The position numbers and the translations under genes are program-made. The notes under the pieces are model-generated. The model ran no database searches, was not told the origin of the DNA, and was given only the letters and a program-made list of their open reading frames with translations. A stretch of DNA of 64,000 bases, taken from the IMG/VR virus record IMGVR_UViG_3300046517_000866, positions 1 through 64,000 of that record; one strand, written 5' to 3'. Positions 16,414-26,215 of this stretch are shown one piece after another (position 1 is the first letter of the stretch; the number at the start of each line of letters is the position of its first letter). The stretch comes from a virus.

Positions 16414-17064
16414 ATGTGGTTCCAAGCAACAGTTGACGCCCCTACAATATTCGAGGCTCGTCGGTTACTATACGACTATGAAAAGGTGCCAGAAATCGAC
16501 TACGTTGAGATCGGGGCGCCGATGCTGACCCACTACGGGGTCGACGTGATCAAGTCATTCACGGACTACATCCCCGTTGCCAAACTGTACGCTGACATTA
16601 AGTGCATCGATTTTCCAGAAATGGAAATGACTCCCTACATGGATCGTGGCATCACACGCATGTCGGCAATGGCCGTCATGAACTATCAAGCATTCGTGGA
16701 GTTAGCTCGTCTGAAAGACCGATATGGATTGACCATTCTGGTTAGTTTGATGGGTTTTCCTATCAGTTACCTACGGGATAAAATTTCGGACCTTCACAGT
16801 CTTGGTTTTTTCAATTTCATCTGCCATGGAGCAGGCGTTCGGCCCCCTGATGCCTTTCACAACATGATGCAGTATCTTGTAGTAGTAAATGAGATAAAGA
16901 AAAAAATACCCGAATTGAAAATTATCGCCGCAGGTGGCATCGATCGGCATAATGCCCCTATACTTGCTTACAACTACAAAGTGGACGGATTGATAGTTGG
17001 TCGTGGCATTGCAAAAGACGGCAACATTAGGGATGCAGTACAGCAAATCCGCAACTGCTTCTAA
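16414..17064 (+). CDS. OMP decarboxylase / 3-hexulose-6-phosphate synthase (HPS/KGPDC) family TIM barrel
   Basis: EIGAP..YG, ADIKCID, IAAGGI, IVGRGI. Confidence 0.8.
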   Translation: MWFQATVDAPTIFEARRLLYDYEKVPEIDYVEIGAPMLTHYGVDVIKSFTDYIPVAKLYADIKCIDFPEMEMTPYMDRGITRMSAMAVMNYQAFVELARLKDRYGLTILVSLMGFPISYLRDKISDLHSLGFFNFICHGAGVRPPDAFHNMMQYLVVVNEIKKKIPELKIIAAGGIDRHNAPILAYNYKVDGLIVGRGIAKDGNIRDAVQQIRNCF

Positions 17065-17072
17065 AAAGGGGG

Positions 17073-17660
17073 TTGATCATGACTGACTGGAGTATGTTTG
17101 GACTAGTTAGGTACCTCATTAAAAACCTTGACCCTAATCCAGAAAGAGAAGGATTGCGAGAAACGCCAAAGCGTTTCATCGAAGCCTGGCAATTCTGGTG
17201 CTCTGGCGCTGGGATTGATCCACAGTCAGTACTGAAAGTGTTTGAAGACGGCGCCGAGCACTATGACGAAATGATTTTTCAGGGTTCAATTCCTTTTTGG
17301 AGTAACTGCGAGCACCACATGGCTCCATTTTTTGGAGTTGCCCATATCGGCTATATTCCAAATGGTCGGATTGTAGGACTCTCCAAGATCGCACGAGTAA
17401 CCGACATTCTGGCAAGACGCCTGCAAGTCCAAGAACGTTTGACTGTTCAAATTGCCGATGCATTGATGCAGGGGTTGACTCCACTGGGCGTAGGGGTCGT
17501 GCTTCAAGCAAGACACACTTGCATGGAGTCACGAGGTGTGCAAAAGATCGGCTCAATCACAACAACGTCGTCATTGATTGGTAATTTTAGGGAACCAGCA
17601 GTGCGTGCTGAGTTCATGGGATTTGTCCACAGCGCCGATCGGGGAATTGCAAGTGTCTAA
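17073..17660 (+). CDS. folE: GTP cyclohydrolase I
   Basis: REGLRETPKR, CEHH, GLSK, RRLQVQERLT, HTCMESRGV. Confidence 0.96.
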   Translation: MIMTDWSMFGLVRYLIKNLDPNPEREGLRETPKRFIEAWQFWCSGAGIDPQSVLKVFEDGAEHYDEMIFQGSIPFWSNCEHHMAPFFGVAHIGYIPNGRIVGLSKIARVTDILARRLQVQERLTVQIADALMQGLTPLGVGVVLQARHTCMESRGVQKIGSITTTSSLIGNFREPAVRAEFMGFVHSADRGIASV

Positions 17661-18957
17661 GAAACAGTTTGCCATCAAGCTCATGCTTGATAGTGGTGTC
17701 TTTTCTGCTTGGAACCGAGGACAAGAAATCAAATTGAAAGAGTACATTGCCTACCTCAAGGACCATAAAGAATGGCTGTACTCCTATGTCAACCTAGATC
17801 AGATACCCGGCGAATTTGGACGCACCCCGACACAGGCAGACGTGGCACAATCGGCGCGCGTCGGATATGACAACTTCCAAAAAATGAAAGCCGAAGGTCT
17901 AGACCCAATCCCCGTGTTTCACCAAGGGGAGGATATTCGCTGGCTAGAACGGATGATCAATGACGGTGACAAGTACATCGGACTAGCGACACGCAAAGAC
18001 GTGTGGGCCATAGATCAGCGGCGCTGGTTGGACAAGATTTTTTCGATCATCACAAACGCCAAGGGCGAACCCCTTGTCAAAACTCACGGCTTCGGAATTA
18101 CGCGACCAGGATTTCTATTCCGCTACCCATGGTTTTCAACTGACAGCACAACATGGTCACTGACTCCTGGGTACGGACAAATTCTAGTGCCACGTTACAA
18201 GAACGGCAAACCTGATTACCTACATACGCCGCAAAAGGTCATAATGTCGGGCATTCAGCCATCAGTCCATGCACAGACAAAGAACCAGTTCGAGGCTTTA
18301 GGTCCGGCGACACAAGATCATATTTTACAGTTTCTTGACGAAGTCTGTGGACTGACGATTGAGCAAGTACGCTATCAAACAAATACTCGCCGTACTGCGA
18401 TGCTGATATACTACGTTGCATTATGCAAAGCGCTCCATCACGTAACCTTCCATGATCGCACAAGTGGGGGCCTCAATCGCGACGGGTTCAAACACAACCT
18501 GAAGGCACCACCCAAACCATGGAACTTGCAGATATTCTTTGCAACGGCTCTCAATCGATCCTGGAATAAACTCATGCTAGACACCAATGCAAATACGCGC
18601 TTGTTGTCCTACTATGAGATGCGGGAGAAGTCGACAGAATGCCTGCAACAGTATGTTGAAAATGGCGTGATCATCACGGACCCACGGAAACCACGGAAGA
18701 CAGTTACCACAAAGAAAACTCCGATTACTCAGGAACGTAAAAAGGAAGTTATTGAACTGTTGCTGGCACCTGGAGCTGACTTGGACACGATTGCACACCT
18801 AACGGGTATCAAACGATCAGCCCTTGCCTTATGGCAACGCAAAGCAGCAGGTCGGTTTGCCATCATGGCAAAATGGAAACGCGAAGTATATGTAAACATC
18901 CGTCGCGCAAGCATCGCAGAACGCAGCAAAAGGGCAGAACCAGATGGACAGGTCTAA
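17653..18957 (+). CDS. dpdA: DpdA-like DNA-guanine transglycosylase (TGT fold) with C-terminal HTH extension
   Basis: MLDSGVFS, NLDQIPG, PIPVFHQGE, KTHGFG, STDSTTW; directly follows folE; GTG start. Confidence 0.78.
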   Translation: MSKKQFAIKLMLDSGVFSAWNRGQEIKLKEYIAYLKDHKEWLYSYVNLDQIPGEFGRTPTQADVAQSARVGYDNFQKMKAEGLDPIPVFHQGEDIRWLERMINDGDKYIGLATRKDVWAIDQRRWLDKIFSIITNAKGEPLVKTHGFGITRPGFLFRYPWFSTDSTTWSLTPGYGQILVPRYKNGKPDYLHTPQKVIMSGIQPSVHAQTKNQFEALGPATQDHILQFLDEVCGLTIEQVRYQTNTRRTAMLIYYVALCKALHHVTFHDRTSGGLNRDGFKHNLKAPPKPWNLQIFFATALNRSWNKLMLDTNANTRLLSYYEMREKSTECLQQYVENGVIITDPRKPRKTVTTKKTPITQERKKEVIELLLAPGADLDTIAHLTGIKRSALALWQRKAAGRFAIMAKWKREVYVNIRRASIAERSKRAEPDGQV

Positions 18958-20038
18958 ACTCGTAGCAAAACTACAGACGATCGATCCTGCCACGACCTCA
19001 AACCAATTGATCCCGATCATGAGCCACTACTGGTTCATGGGTGATCGCGTCATGGCGTATAACGATCAAATATCAATCAGCGTGCCATGCAAAACAGATT
19101 TCACGGGTGCTGTTCCGGCGACGCTTTTGGGTTTGTTGAAATCGTCCAAGGCAAAGGAAGTTGAGTTCACAGAACAAGGTGACGACCTACTGATCAAGGC
19201 AGCAGCGACAAAGATCAAGTTACCGTTGATCCCCGCCGATGAACTTACAATGTTTACGATGCCTGAACCAAAATCCGATTTTAAGCATGTGATGGCGAAG
19301 TCAGGGAAGTTCCTCGAGTGCCTTGAAGCCTGCATGCAATCAACAACCACAGACACGTCAACTCCTGACTACCTTGGCGTCACAGCCATGGCGAAGGACG
19401 AAAGTCTACAACTGTTTGCCTGCAATGACGAAACAATGACCTACGCCAACCTGCATATCGGAGAGCTTGTCTTTAAGTCCCGTGTCGTGCTTTCAGCGGC
19501 ATTCTGTACTCAACTACTCAAGCAAATTTCCAGTGATGTAAAATTCTCAACTCTGGAACTGCACAATGATTACTCACTAGCGACAATGACAAATGGCACG
19601 ATCTTGTTCGGCCGGTTGATTGATGTTCAAAAACCTTTGGACTATGCCAGTATTATCGCACGTAACTACAACACAAGTATCATTTCAAAGCTTGTCCAAA
19701 TACCAACCAAACTGGAAGGCATTCTTGAACGGGCAGTCATCATCACAGACTCAGCAGTTGATCAGACAAAGACCTCAGTTTCGGTGCGTGATGGTATCAT
19801 GCGTTTCAAGTCCAAGTCAGCAAAGGGCGAGATTTCTGACAGTATGCAGGTTCCCAATCACCCAGATGTATCTGTCATGCTGGAAGCGCGTCGATTAAGA
19901 AAAGGACTTGAAGCAGGCTTTTCTCATATATTAGTTACCGACACATGTGCAGTAATGGTGAAGGGGGTAACAAATGACAAGGGAACACTGACCCGAGCGG
20001 AAGTGGTCTACCTTGTCGCAGCAACAGACCCCGCCTGA
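18944..20038 (+). CDS. dnaN: DNA polymerase sliding clamp (beta-like)
   Basis: 364 aa; N-terminal MDRSKLVAKLQ...PIMSH, GRLI..DY, ILERA patterns; adjacent to polymerase and clamp loader. Confidence 0.75.
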   Translation: MDRSKLVAKLQTIDPATTSNQLIPIMSHYWFMGDRVMAYNDQISISVPCKTDFTGAVPATLLGLLKSSKAKEVEFTEQGDDLLIKAAATKIKLPLIPADELTMFTMPEPKSDFKHVMAKSGKFLECLEACMQSTTTDTSTPDYLGVTAMAKDESLQLFACNDETMTYANLHIGELVFKSRVVLSAAFCTQLLKQISSDVKFSTLELHNDYSLATMTNGTILFGRLIDVQKPLDYASIIARNYNTSIISKLVQIPTKLEGILERAVIITDSAVDQTKTSVSVRDGIMRFKSKSAKGEISDSMQVPNHPDVSVMLEARRLRKGLEAGFSHILVTDTCAVMVKGVTNDKGTLTRAEVVYLVAATDPA

Positions 20039-20061
20039 TGTTGCCTTTTTGCAACATAATA

Positions 20062-20150
20062 GGCCTCTATTAGGCCCTCGCTGAGTGGCATATCATTGGA
20101 GCGCTACACATACAGCGCCCCACCCCTGAAAACCTCTGGAGCGCCAAAAT
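20062..20150. repeat. Dispersed quasi-palindromic intergenic element
   Basis: Core GGAGCGCTACACATACAGCGCCCC; reverse complement aligns over ~88 bp with 33398-33486. Confidence 0.75.
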
Positions 20151-20168
20151 TCCCGGAGAAAAAACGAC

Positions 20169-22832
20169 ATGGGCTTCGCAGGTCTTCCGCCGACAGAAAA
20201 ACTCCCGATCAGCTCCCTACAAGGCATCTCCTTTGCGACATTGCACAAGATGCAATGCCAGATTTGTCCACTCAATCACGCCAAGCACCCAAAGCATCCA
20301 CATCAAAAGCCTTGGGGTGCCACAAATCCAATAGTCTACATGTTGGGCGACGCACCAAGTGAGGTCGAGGATCGAAATGGCAAACCGTTCCAATCCAGCG
20401 CTGGCAAACTCATACGTGAGCGCATTCCAGACAAGTACGCGTCTGCCGTTAGATGGAACAACGCCACTCGAACAATGCCAGCAAAGGCCATAACTAAAGA
20501 CCCTAATACTTGGCCGTCACAAATCGTCATCGAGTGTTGTCGTCCATCAATAGTCCAAGATATTGAAGCCTCTAAACCCGAAGTCATTTTCGGATTTGGT
20601 CCTGTAGTATTACAATGGGCAATCCAGCAAACGGGTTTGGCAAAATGGAACGGGCGGCGTGTGCCGATCAAGGTGGGAAATCACAAGTGCTGGTTTTATC
20701 CCATGCATCACCCAAGGGACGTGATTGCAGGGCGTCGTGTGTTCAAGGATGGCAACAAGTACAAACCGCGAGGATTGAATGACTACGGCTCCGAACAAGA
20801 GTTCTGTTTCGCCCTTGATCTGAAAAATGCTTTCAATGAACTAGACAGTTTGCCGGAACCTATTATCCACACGTCAGAATTTGCCAACAAGAACTGTGAG
20901 TATCGAACAGGCTCGAACGGATGGAAAGACGTTGAGTGGGTTCAGAACAGATTGCGAGAATTGTATGATGAACCAATCGTTGGCATGGACTACGAAACGA
21001 ACAGATTGCGCCCATATGAGGACGGCGCCAAACTTCTGACCGTTGCCCTGTCATCAGCCCGAGGAACGTTTGCATTTCCCTTCGAACACAAACAAGCAAA
21101 GTGGACCGAGGAACAGCTTGATAGAGTTTACACGTACTTCATTAATTTCTTGCACAAAGCAAACTGCCGAAAGGTAGTTCACCAATTGGCGTTTGAAATG
21201 GAGTGGTCGGCTGTCTTTTTTGGCAAGTCAATACTACGCTGCAAGCCATGGGGCGACTCCGTTACTCAAGCATTTGTGCTTGACGAGCGTATGAAGATGG
21301 GGAAGCCTGATGCATTATCGCTGGAGTTCCTAACTGTCCAATACTTCGGCCTCAATCTAAAACACCTGTCCGATATTGATCGCTTAGACCTGGACAACGA
21401 GCCATTGGATCAAGTCCTGACCTACAATAATCTGGACGCCAAATACCATCGGTTACTGTACATTGAACAAGCAGCACGGATCAAAAAGGAAGACCTGCTG
21501 ACTGTATATCACAACCAACTACATCGTGTTCCCACAATGGTTCTCACGCAAATGAAGGGATTGCCTGTTGATCAGGTCCGCGTTATGGAGTTCAAAAAGT
21601 TCTATGAAAGCATAATCAGTAGAGTTGAAGAAGAGATTGCTGACCAACCCATAATTGCACAGTACAAAAGCCTGAAAGGGGCAAAGTTTCGTCCCTCGGC
21701 AAATGAAGATGTACTTTTCCTTGTCCGCAAGGTCATCAAACAAGGTATCAAGAACGTTGACGAAAAGTCACTAGCAGACGTTCATCATCCAGTAATTCCA
21801 CTACTGATCGAGCACCGCAAGGCATCCAAAAACCTTTCCACCTATGTCAAACCTGTGATGCCCGGAAGTCCCTGCTTGTTTCCAGATGGAAAATTGCACC
21901 CGATCATTTCCACAACACGCACTAGGACCTCGCGAACAGCATCGGACAGTCCCAATGTCCAGAACTGGCCGAAGCGAAAGAACAAAAAGATACGCTCACA
22001 AATCAGGGGCAAACTCAATCAGAAAATTGTGTCCTTTGACTATGGACAAATCCAGGCACGCAATGTGGCAATGGAGTCACTAGATAAGGCATTAGTCAAA
22101 GCATTCTGGGATCGGTATGATATTCACGCGGATTGGGTCGAGCGGATCGTCAAAAAATACCCAGCATGGGTGCCGGGCGGCGTCAAGTTCCTAAAGGACC
22201 CCGATGTTTTCAAGGCACTCCGCAACAAGGCCAAAAATGAGTTCGTGTTTCCTTCATTCTTTGGTGCACAAGCGAAGTCACTGTCCAGATATTTAGGCGT
22301 TCCTGTAGAAATAACTGAAAGACTGCATGATGACTTTTGGGAAATGTTTCCCGAGATCAAGGACTGGCAAAAAGGACTGATCAAAACGTACTTCAAAACG
22401 GGATACGTCACAGGGTTATCAGGATTTCGCCGTCGCGCGCCAATTTCCCCAAATGAATTGATCAATGCACCAATTCAAGCGGACGAGTGCTTGATCGTAT
22501 GCGATGCAATGACACGATTGTCAAAGTACGATGAACCACGTTTCCAAGCATCGATGGAAATTCACGATGACTTGACCTTCATTTGGGAGCAACAGGAAAT
22601 CGAGAAAAACGCAGAAGTTGCGATCCGAGAAATGCTGACATGCCCCTATGACTGGATCAATGTTCCAATCGTAGTTGAAATGTCGATTGGTGACGATTGG
22701 TCCAACGGTAAAGAAGTTGCACATTTTGCTTCGGACTTATGGGAAGGCAAAGACCCGTTCAAGGGAACGTGGGCAGATGGTACAGGTTGGGCAAACGCTA
22801 AGGGGATGGAAAAGGCACGGGGTAGCAAATGA
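20169..22832 (+). CDS. polA: Family A DNA polymerase with N-terminal uracil-DNA-glycosylase-like domain and 3'-5' exonuclease
   Basis: C..CPL, GDAP..ED..GKPF..AG, HP (family-4 UDG-like); DYET exo; RTASDSPNVQN, DYGQIQAR, NAPIQ, IHDD. Confidence 0.92.
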   Translation: MGFAGLPPTEKLPISSLQGISFATLHKMQCQICPLNHAKHPKHPHQKPWGATNPIVYMLGDAPSEVEDRNGKPFQSSAGKLIRERIPDKYASAVRWNNATRTMPAKAITKDPNTWPSQIVIECCRPSIVQDIEASKPEVIFGFGPVVLQWAIQQTGLAKWNGRRVPIKVGNHKCWFYPMHHPRDVIAGRRVFKDGNKYKPRGLNDYGSEQEFCFALDLKNAFNELDSLPEPIIHTSEFANKNCEYRTGSNGWKDVEWVQNRLRELYDEPIVGMDYETNRLRPYEDGAKLLTVALSSARGTFAFPFEHKQAKWTEEQLDRVYTYFINFLHKANCRKVVHQLAFEMEWSAVFFGKSILRCKPWGDSVTQAFVLDERMKMGKPDALSLEFLTVQYFGLNLKHLSDIDRLDLDNEPLDQVLTYNNLDAKYHRLLYIEQAARIKKEDLLTVYHNQLHRVPTMVLTQMKGLPVDQVRVMEFKKFYESIISRVEEEIADQPIIAQYKSLKGAKFRPSANEDVLFLVRKVIKQGIKNVDEKSLADVHHPVIPLLIEHRKASKNLSTYVKPVMPGSPCLFPDGKLHPIISTTRTRTSRTASDSPNVQNWPKRKNKKIRSQIRGKLNQKIVSFDYGQIQARNVAMESLDKALVKAFWDRYDIHADWVERIVKKYPAWVPGGVKFLKDPDVFKALRNKAKNEFVFPSFFGAQAKSLSRYLGVPVEITERLHDDFWEMFPEIKDWQKGLIKTYFKTGYVTGLSGFRRRAPISPNELINAPIQADECLIVCDAMTRLSKYDEPRFQASMEIHDDLTFIWEQQEIEKNAEVAIREMLTCPYDWINVPIVVEMSIGDDWSNGKEVAHFASDLWEGKDPFKGTWADGTGWANAKGMEKARGSK

Positions 22833-23056
22833 ACTCTGTAATACCATGCAAACGTGGGTCCAAATGTAGTTGGCCGTCTTGCAGTCTACACTGTGACGGT
22901 CGACCAGGATTGGACCCTCCGTTAGAGCACATCATTGATTGGATGGTTTATCGGGTATGTCATCTAAGACAAAAGGAAGTCAGAAATGAGTCTTTACAAC
23001 AAGTACCGTCCAAAGACCTTCAAAGGGGTAATCGGACAAAACGCAGCAATCCGTAG
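22829..23056 (+). CDS. Small Cys-rich hypothetical protein
   Basis: ATGA overlap with the pol stop; overlaps next gene by 71 nt. Confidence 0.4.
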   Translation: MNSVIPCKRGSKCSWPSCSLHCDGRPGLDPPLEHIIDWMVYRVCHLRQKEVRNESLQQVPSKDLQRGNRTKRSNP

Positions 23057-23912
23057 TTTAGAAAAGGCATTGGAAGGAGATACCCAACAATTCCTTTTCA
23101 GCGGACCATCAGGAACGGGCAAAACAACACTCGCCAGGATTGCCGCACGCACTCTGCCTTGTGAGCCACATGATATACTAGAGATTTCGGGTGCCAAATA
23201 CACAGGCATCGATGACATGAAACGGATCATGGATGGTTTAGCGTGCAAACCATTCGGTGGAGGCAAGTTCAAGGCAGTCGTTCTTGACGAGTGCCACATG
23301 TTGTCCAAATCCGCTTGGAACTCCCTTTTGAAGGACGTGGAGGAACCACCGAAACATGTCTACTGGTTCTTTTGCACTACAGAACTGGCAAAGGTTCCCA
23401 AGACCATCAAGACACGATGCCTTGCATTCGACCTCAAATCAGTCAGCGAAAAGGACTTGGCAGCACTGGTCAAGTACGTTGCAGACAAAGAGGCAATCAA
23501 ACTGCCTGCGGACGTCAGCGACATGATATGCACAGAAGCCATGGGGTCACCCAGACAGGCACTCGTCAATCTGGAAGCATGCCGCGAGGCAAAGGACAAA
23601 AAGGAAGCCGCAACTCTGCTGAAAGTGGCGCTGGAAGGTGACTCCATTCGTGAACTATGCCAGTTCCTACTCAAGGGTGGGTCTTGGATGAAGTGTGCGG
23701 GAATACTGGCGAAGTTGGCGGAAGAAAACCCTGAGTCCATACGTATTGTCGTTTGCAACTACATGGCTGCCGTCATCAGGAATGCGCGAAGTGACAAAGA
23801 CGCTTGCTCAACCTTGTCAATACTCCAAGCATTTTCCACACCCTACAATGCCGCCGAACAAATGGCACCATTGTACTTGTCTGTGGGTCAAGTCTTATTC
23901 AGGTCTGAATAA
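22986..23912 (+). CDS. dnaX: Clamp loader AAA+ subunit (DnaX gamma/tau-like)
   Basis: LYNKYRPKTF, GPSGTGKTT, LDECHMLS, LLKDVEEPP, TIKTRC. Confidence 0.93.
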   Translation: MSLYNKYRPKTFKGVIGQNAAIRSLEKALEGDTQQFLFSGPSGTGKTTLARIAARTLPCEPHDILEISGAKYTGIDDMKRIMDGLACKPFGGGKFKAVVLDECHMLSKSAWNSLLKDVEEPPKHVYWFFCTTELAKVPKTIKTRCLAFDLKSVSEKDLAALVKYVADKEAIKLPADVSDMICTEAMGSPRQALVNLEACREAKDKKEAATLLKVALEGDSIRELCQFLLKGGSWMKCAGILAKLAEENPESIRIVVCNYMAAVIRNARSDKDACSTLSILQAFSTPYNAAEQMAPLYLSVGQVLFRSE

Positions 23913-23945
23913 TCCACAGTATGTATCAATAGGAGGACCCTTGAT

Positions 23946-24254
23946 ATGACCTATAAAGCAATAGGTATTCCCGTTTCGGACTACGAACGGGAGCTGTTGA
24001 TCATTCTAATGGAAGAGTGTGCTGAGGTTATTCAGGCGTCATCAAAATTATTACGTTTTGGCAGGGGCGACAAATACGATGATGGGATCGAAAACACTGT
24101 AAAATTAGGACTGGAAATTGGTGACCTAGAGTATATGGTCACTATGATAATAAAAGCAGGACTAGTAGCGGAGTGCGACATTGACAATGGCGCAAAACAG
24201 AAGTGTGAACGCCTGCTAATGTATCTACAGACACAACAAGGAACCAGCAAATGA
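23946..24254 (+). CDS. MazG-like nucleotide pyrophosphohydrolase
   Basis: LMEECAEVIQA.SK..RFG...LEIGDL. Confidence 0.75.
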   Translation: MTYKAIGIPVSDYERELLIILMEECAEVIQASSKLLRFGRGDKYDDGIENTVKLGLEIGDLEYMVTMIIKAGLVAECDIDNGAKQKCERLLMYLQTQQGTSK

Positions 24255-24805
24255 CACAAGGAAGGATAATACCCGAAAAGTTTACCAAGAAGTCGTCTGA
24301 AATGGAAGACTTCGCGGACGAACTCGAGCAATTGCAAGAAGGTCTTGCAATCGACAAGAATGACCTTGACGAGTGTGCCATTCAACACGGCGAACTCATG
24401 TATGCTGTGTCGTCGCGTCTGGAAATGGAAATTTCACGGCGCGATGCAGCAGAACAAGAGTCAAAAGAAACTGCTGCTACCATCGACTCTGAATTGCGAG
24501 AACACGCCGCAAAGCAGCAAGTCAAGACAACGGAAAACGAGATCAAAGCGCAAATCCTGACCCATGGCCGCGTGATCGAAGCGCAAGCCAAGTACAATCG
24601 TCTGGCGTATAAGGTCGGGCAATTGACGGCACTGCGCGATGCATACAAGGCACGGGGGTATGCTTTGTCACAACTCGTTGACTTGTTTGTCGCCGGATAC
24701 TTCGACAAGGCAGGTCAGGCATCATCGACAAACAAATTGCGGGACCGCCATGCCGCCGAAAACCGAGAAAGAATGCACGAGGAACGCCAACGTCGGCAAC
24801 GTTGA
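24251..24805 (+). CDS. Coiled-coil protein, possible UvsY-like recombination mediator
   Basis: LAIDKNDLDE..., KTTENEIKAQI; context with SSB and RecA. Confidence 0.55.
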   Translation: MTQGRIIPEKFTKKSSEMEDFADELEQLQEGLAIDKNDLDECAIQHGELMYAVSSRLEMEISRRDAAEQESKETAATIDSELREHAAKQQVKTTENEIKAQILTHGRVIEAQAKYNRLAYKVGQLTALRDAYKARGYALSQLVDLFVAGYFDKAGQASSTNKLRDRHAAENRERMHEERQRRQR

Positions 24806-24985
24806 TTTAGCAAGGCTATAGGAGGTAAAGCCACATGAGCCTACTGCTTGAAGTATTTTGGTTTCTTATCACTTTGACGTACGGAATAATACTACTGTAC
24901 GTCGTAGCGTTCTGCCTTTTGGCGGAATACTTCAAGCGGAAACTGAACCACCACTTGTCTGTCTTGAAATCGGTAGAAAACAGGA

Positions 24986-26215
24986 GTGACTATGATCAAT
25001 AGGATAAAGTCAACGAAGAAGCCTGAACTGAAGGGGAAGAAATCAGGGTTCCGATACATTCCCCGTGATCCGGGTGTTTTGAAACAGCGCGCCGAACAAA
25101 AAGGGGGCCGCTTCGACTCACCATTCAAACCAAACTTCGATACCTGGCGTCCCAAGCAGGGCCAGAATTGCATTCGTATTTTGCCGCCGACGTGGGATGA
25201 CGCGAAGCACTACGCCTACGATATCTGGGTCCATCGGTTCATCGGCGCGGACAACTCAAACTATATGTGTCCGCAGAAAATGAAGCAGAAATTCTGCCCG
25301 ATCTGCAAGGCGGCAAATGAAGCGGCTGCCGCAGGAGAAAAGGACGAGGCCAAGGAACTCAGCGCCGCTCTGTTATGTGTCGTCTGGATTGTCGACCGCG
25401 ATGACGATGAACTAAAACCCGCCATCTACACAATGTCTGCAACTATGGAACGGGACATTTGCGGGCTGGCACGCAACGAACGGACCGGCAAAACGCTTTC
25501 GATCGATCAACCAGACACTGGGTATGACGTGTTCTTGAAGCGATCGGGACAGGGTATCAAGACACGGTACAACGGTATCGCCATTGATCGGGACCCAACT
25601 CCCATTTCCGAAGATGAAGCCTTGCAAGGGGAAATCCTCGACTTCATTTCGGAAAATCCGATCCCATCAACCTTCCACTATTACTCAGCGGAACACATGG
25701 AAGCAGCGATGCTGGGTTCGGTTGAGTCCAATGAAGACGATGACGAGGAAGACACGCCCAAGAAAAAGCGGCGCGAAGAACCCGAAGATGACGAAACGGC
25801 AGATGATCCACCGCCGAAAAAGAAACGGCGCGAGGAACCGGAAGACGAAACGGCAGATGATGACGAGGCGGCAGATGACGATCCGCCACCGAAAAAGCGT
25901 CGGGCAGAACCGGAGGATGACGACCCGCCACCCAAAAAACGACGCAGGGACGAACCTGAAGACGAGCCCGAGGATGAACCGGAAGACGAAGACCCCCCGC
26001 CGAAAAAGAAACGTCGGGAAGAGCCAGAAGACGAACCGGCAGATGATGATCCACCCCCTCGAAAGCGTCGCCGGGAAGAGCCTGAAGACGAACCCGAGGA
26101 TGAACCTGCTGACGATGATCCACCCCCTCGAAAACGTCGCCGGGAAGAACCCGAGGATGACGAAGAGGACCCGCCAAAGAAGTCTGTCAGTCGGGTTGCA
26201 GTGAAGCACAGGTAA
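24986..26215 (+). CDS. Single-stranded DNA-binding protein (gp32-like) with long repetitive charged tail
   Basis: IRILPP, H..., C...CPIC, GYD..L.RSG.G.KTRY; C-terminal DDDPPPKKKRREEPEDE repeats. Confidence 0.75.
   Translation: MTMINRIKSTKKPELKGKKSGFRYIPRDPGVLKQRAEQKGGRFDSPFKPNFDTWRPKQGQNCIRILPPTWDDAKHYAYDIWVHRFIGADNSNYMCPQKMKQKFCPICKAANEAAAAGEKDEAKELSAALLCVVWIVDRDDDELKPAIYTMSATMERDICGLARNERTGKTLSIDQPDTGYDVFLKRSGQGIKTRYNGIAIDRDPTPISEDEALQGEILDFISENPIPSTFHYYSAEHMEAAMLGSVESNEDDDEEDTPKKKRREEPEDDETADDPPPKKKRREEPEDETADDDEAADDDPPPKKRRAEPEDDDPPPKKRRRDEPEDEPEDEPEDEDPPPKKKRREEPEDEPADDDPPPRKRRREEPEDEPEDEPADDDPPPRKRRREEPEDDEEDPPKKSVSRVAVKHR
25735..26180 (+). repeat. Coding tandem repeats, ~8 units of (D/E)n-PPP-KKKRR-EEP
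   Basis: Directly visible in DNA and protein. Confidence 0.85.
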
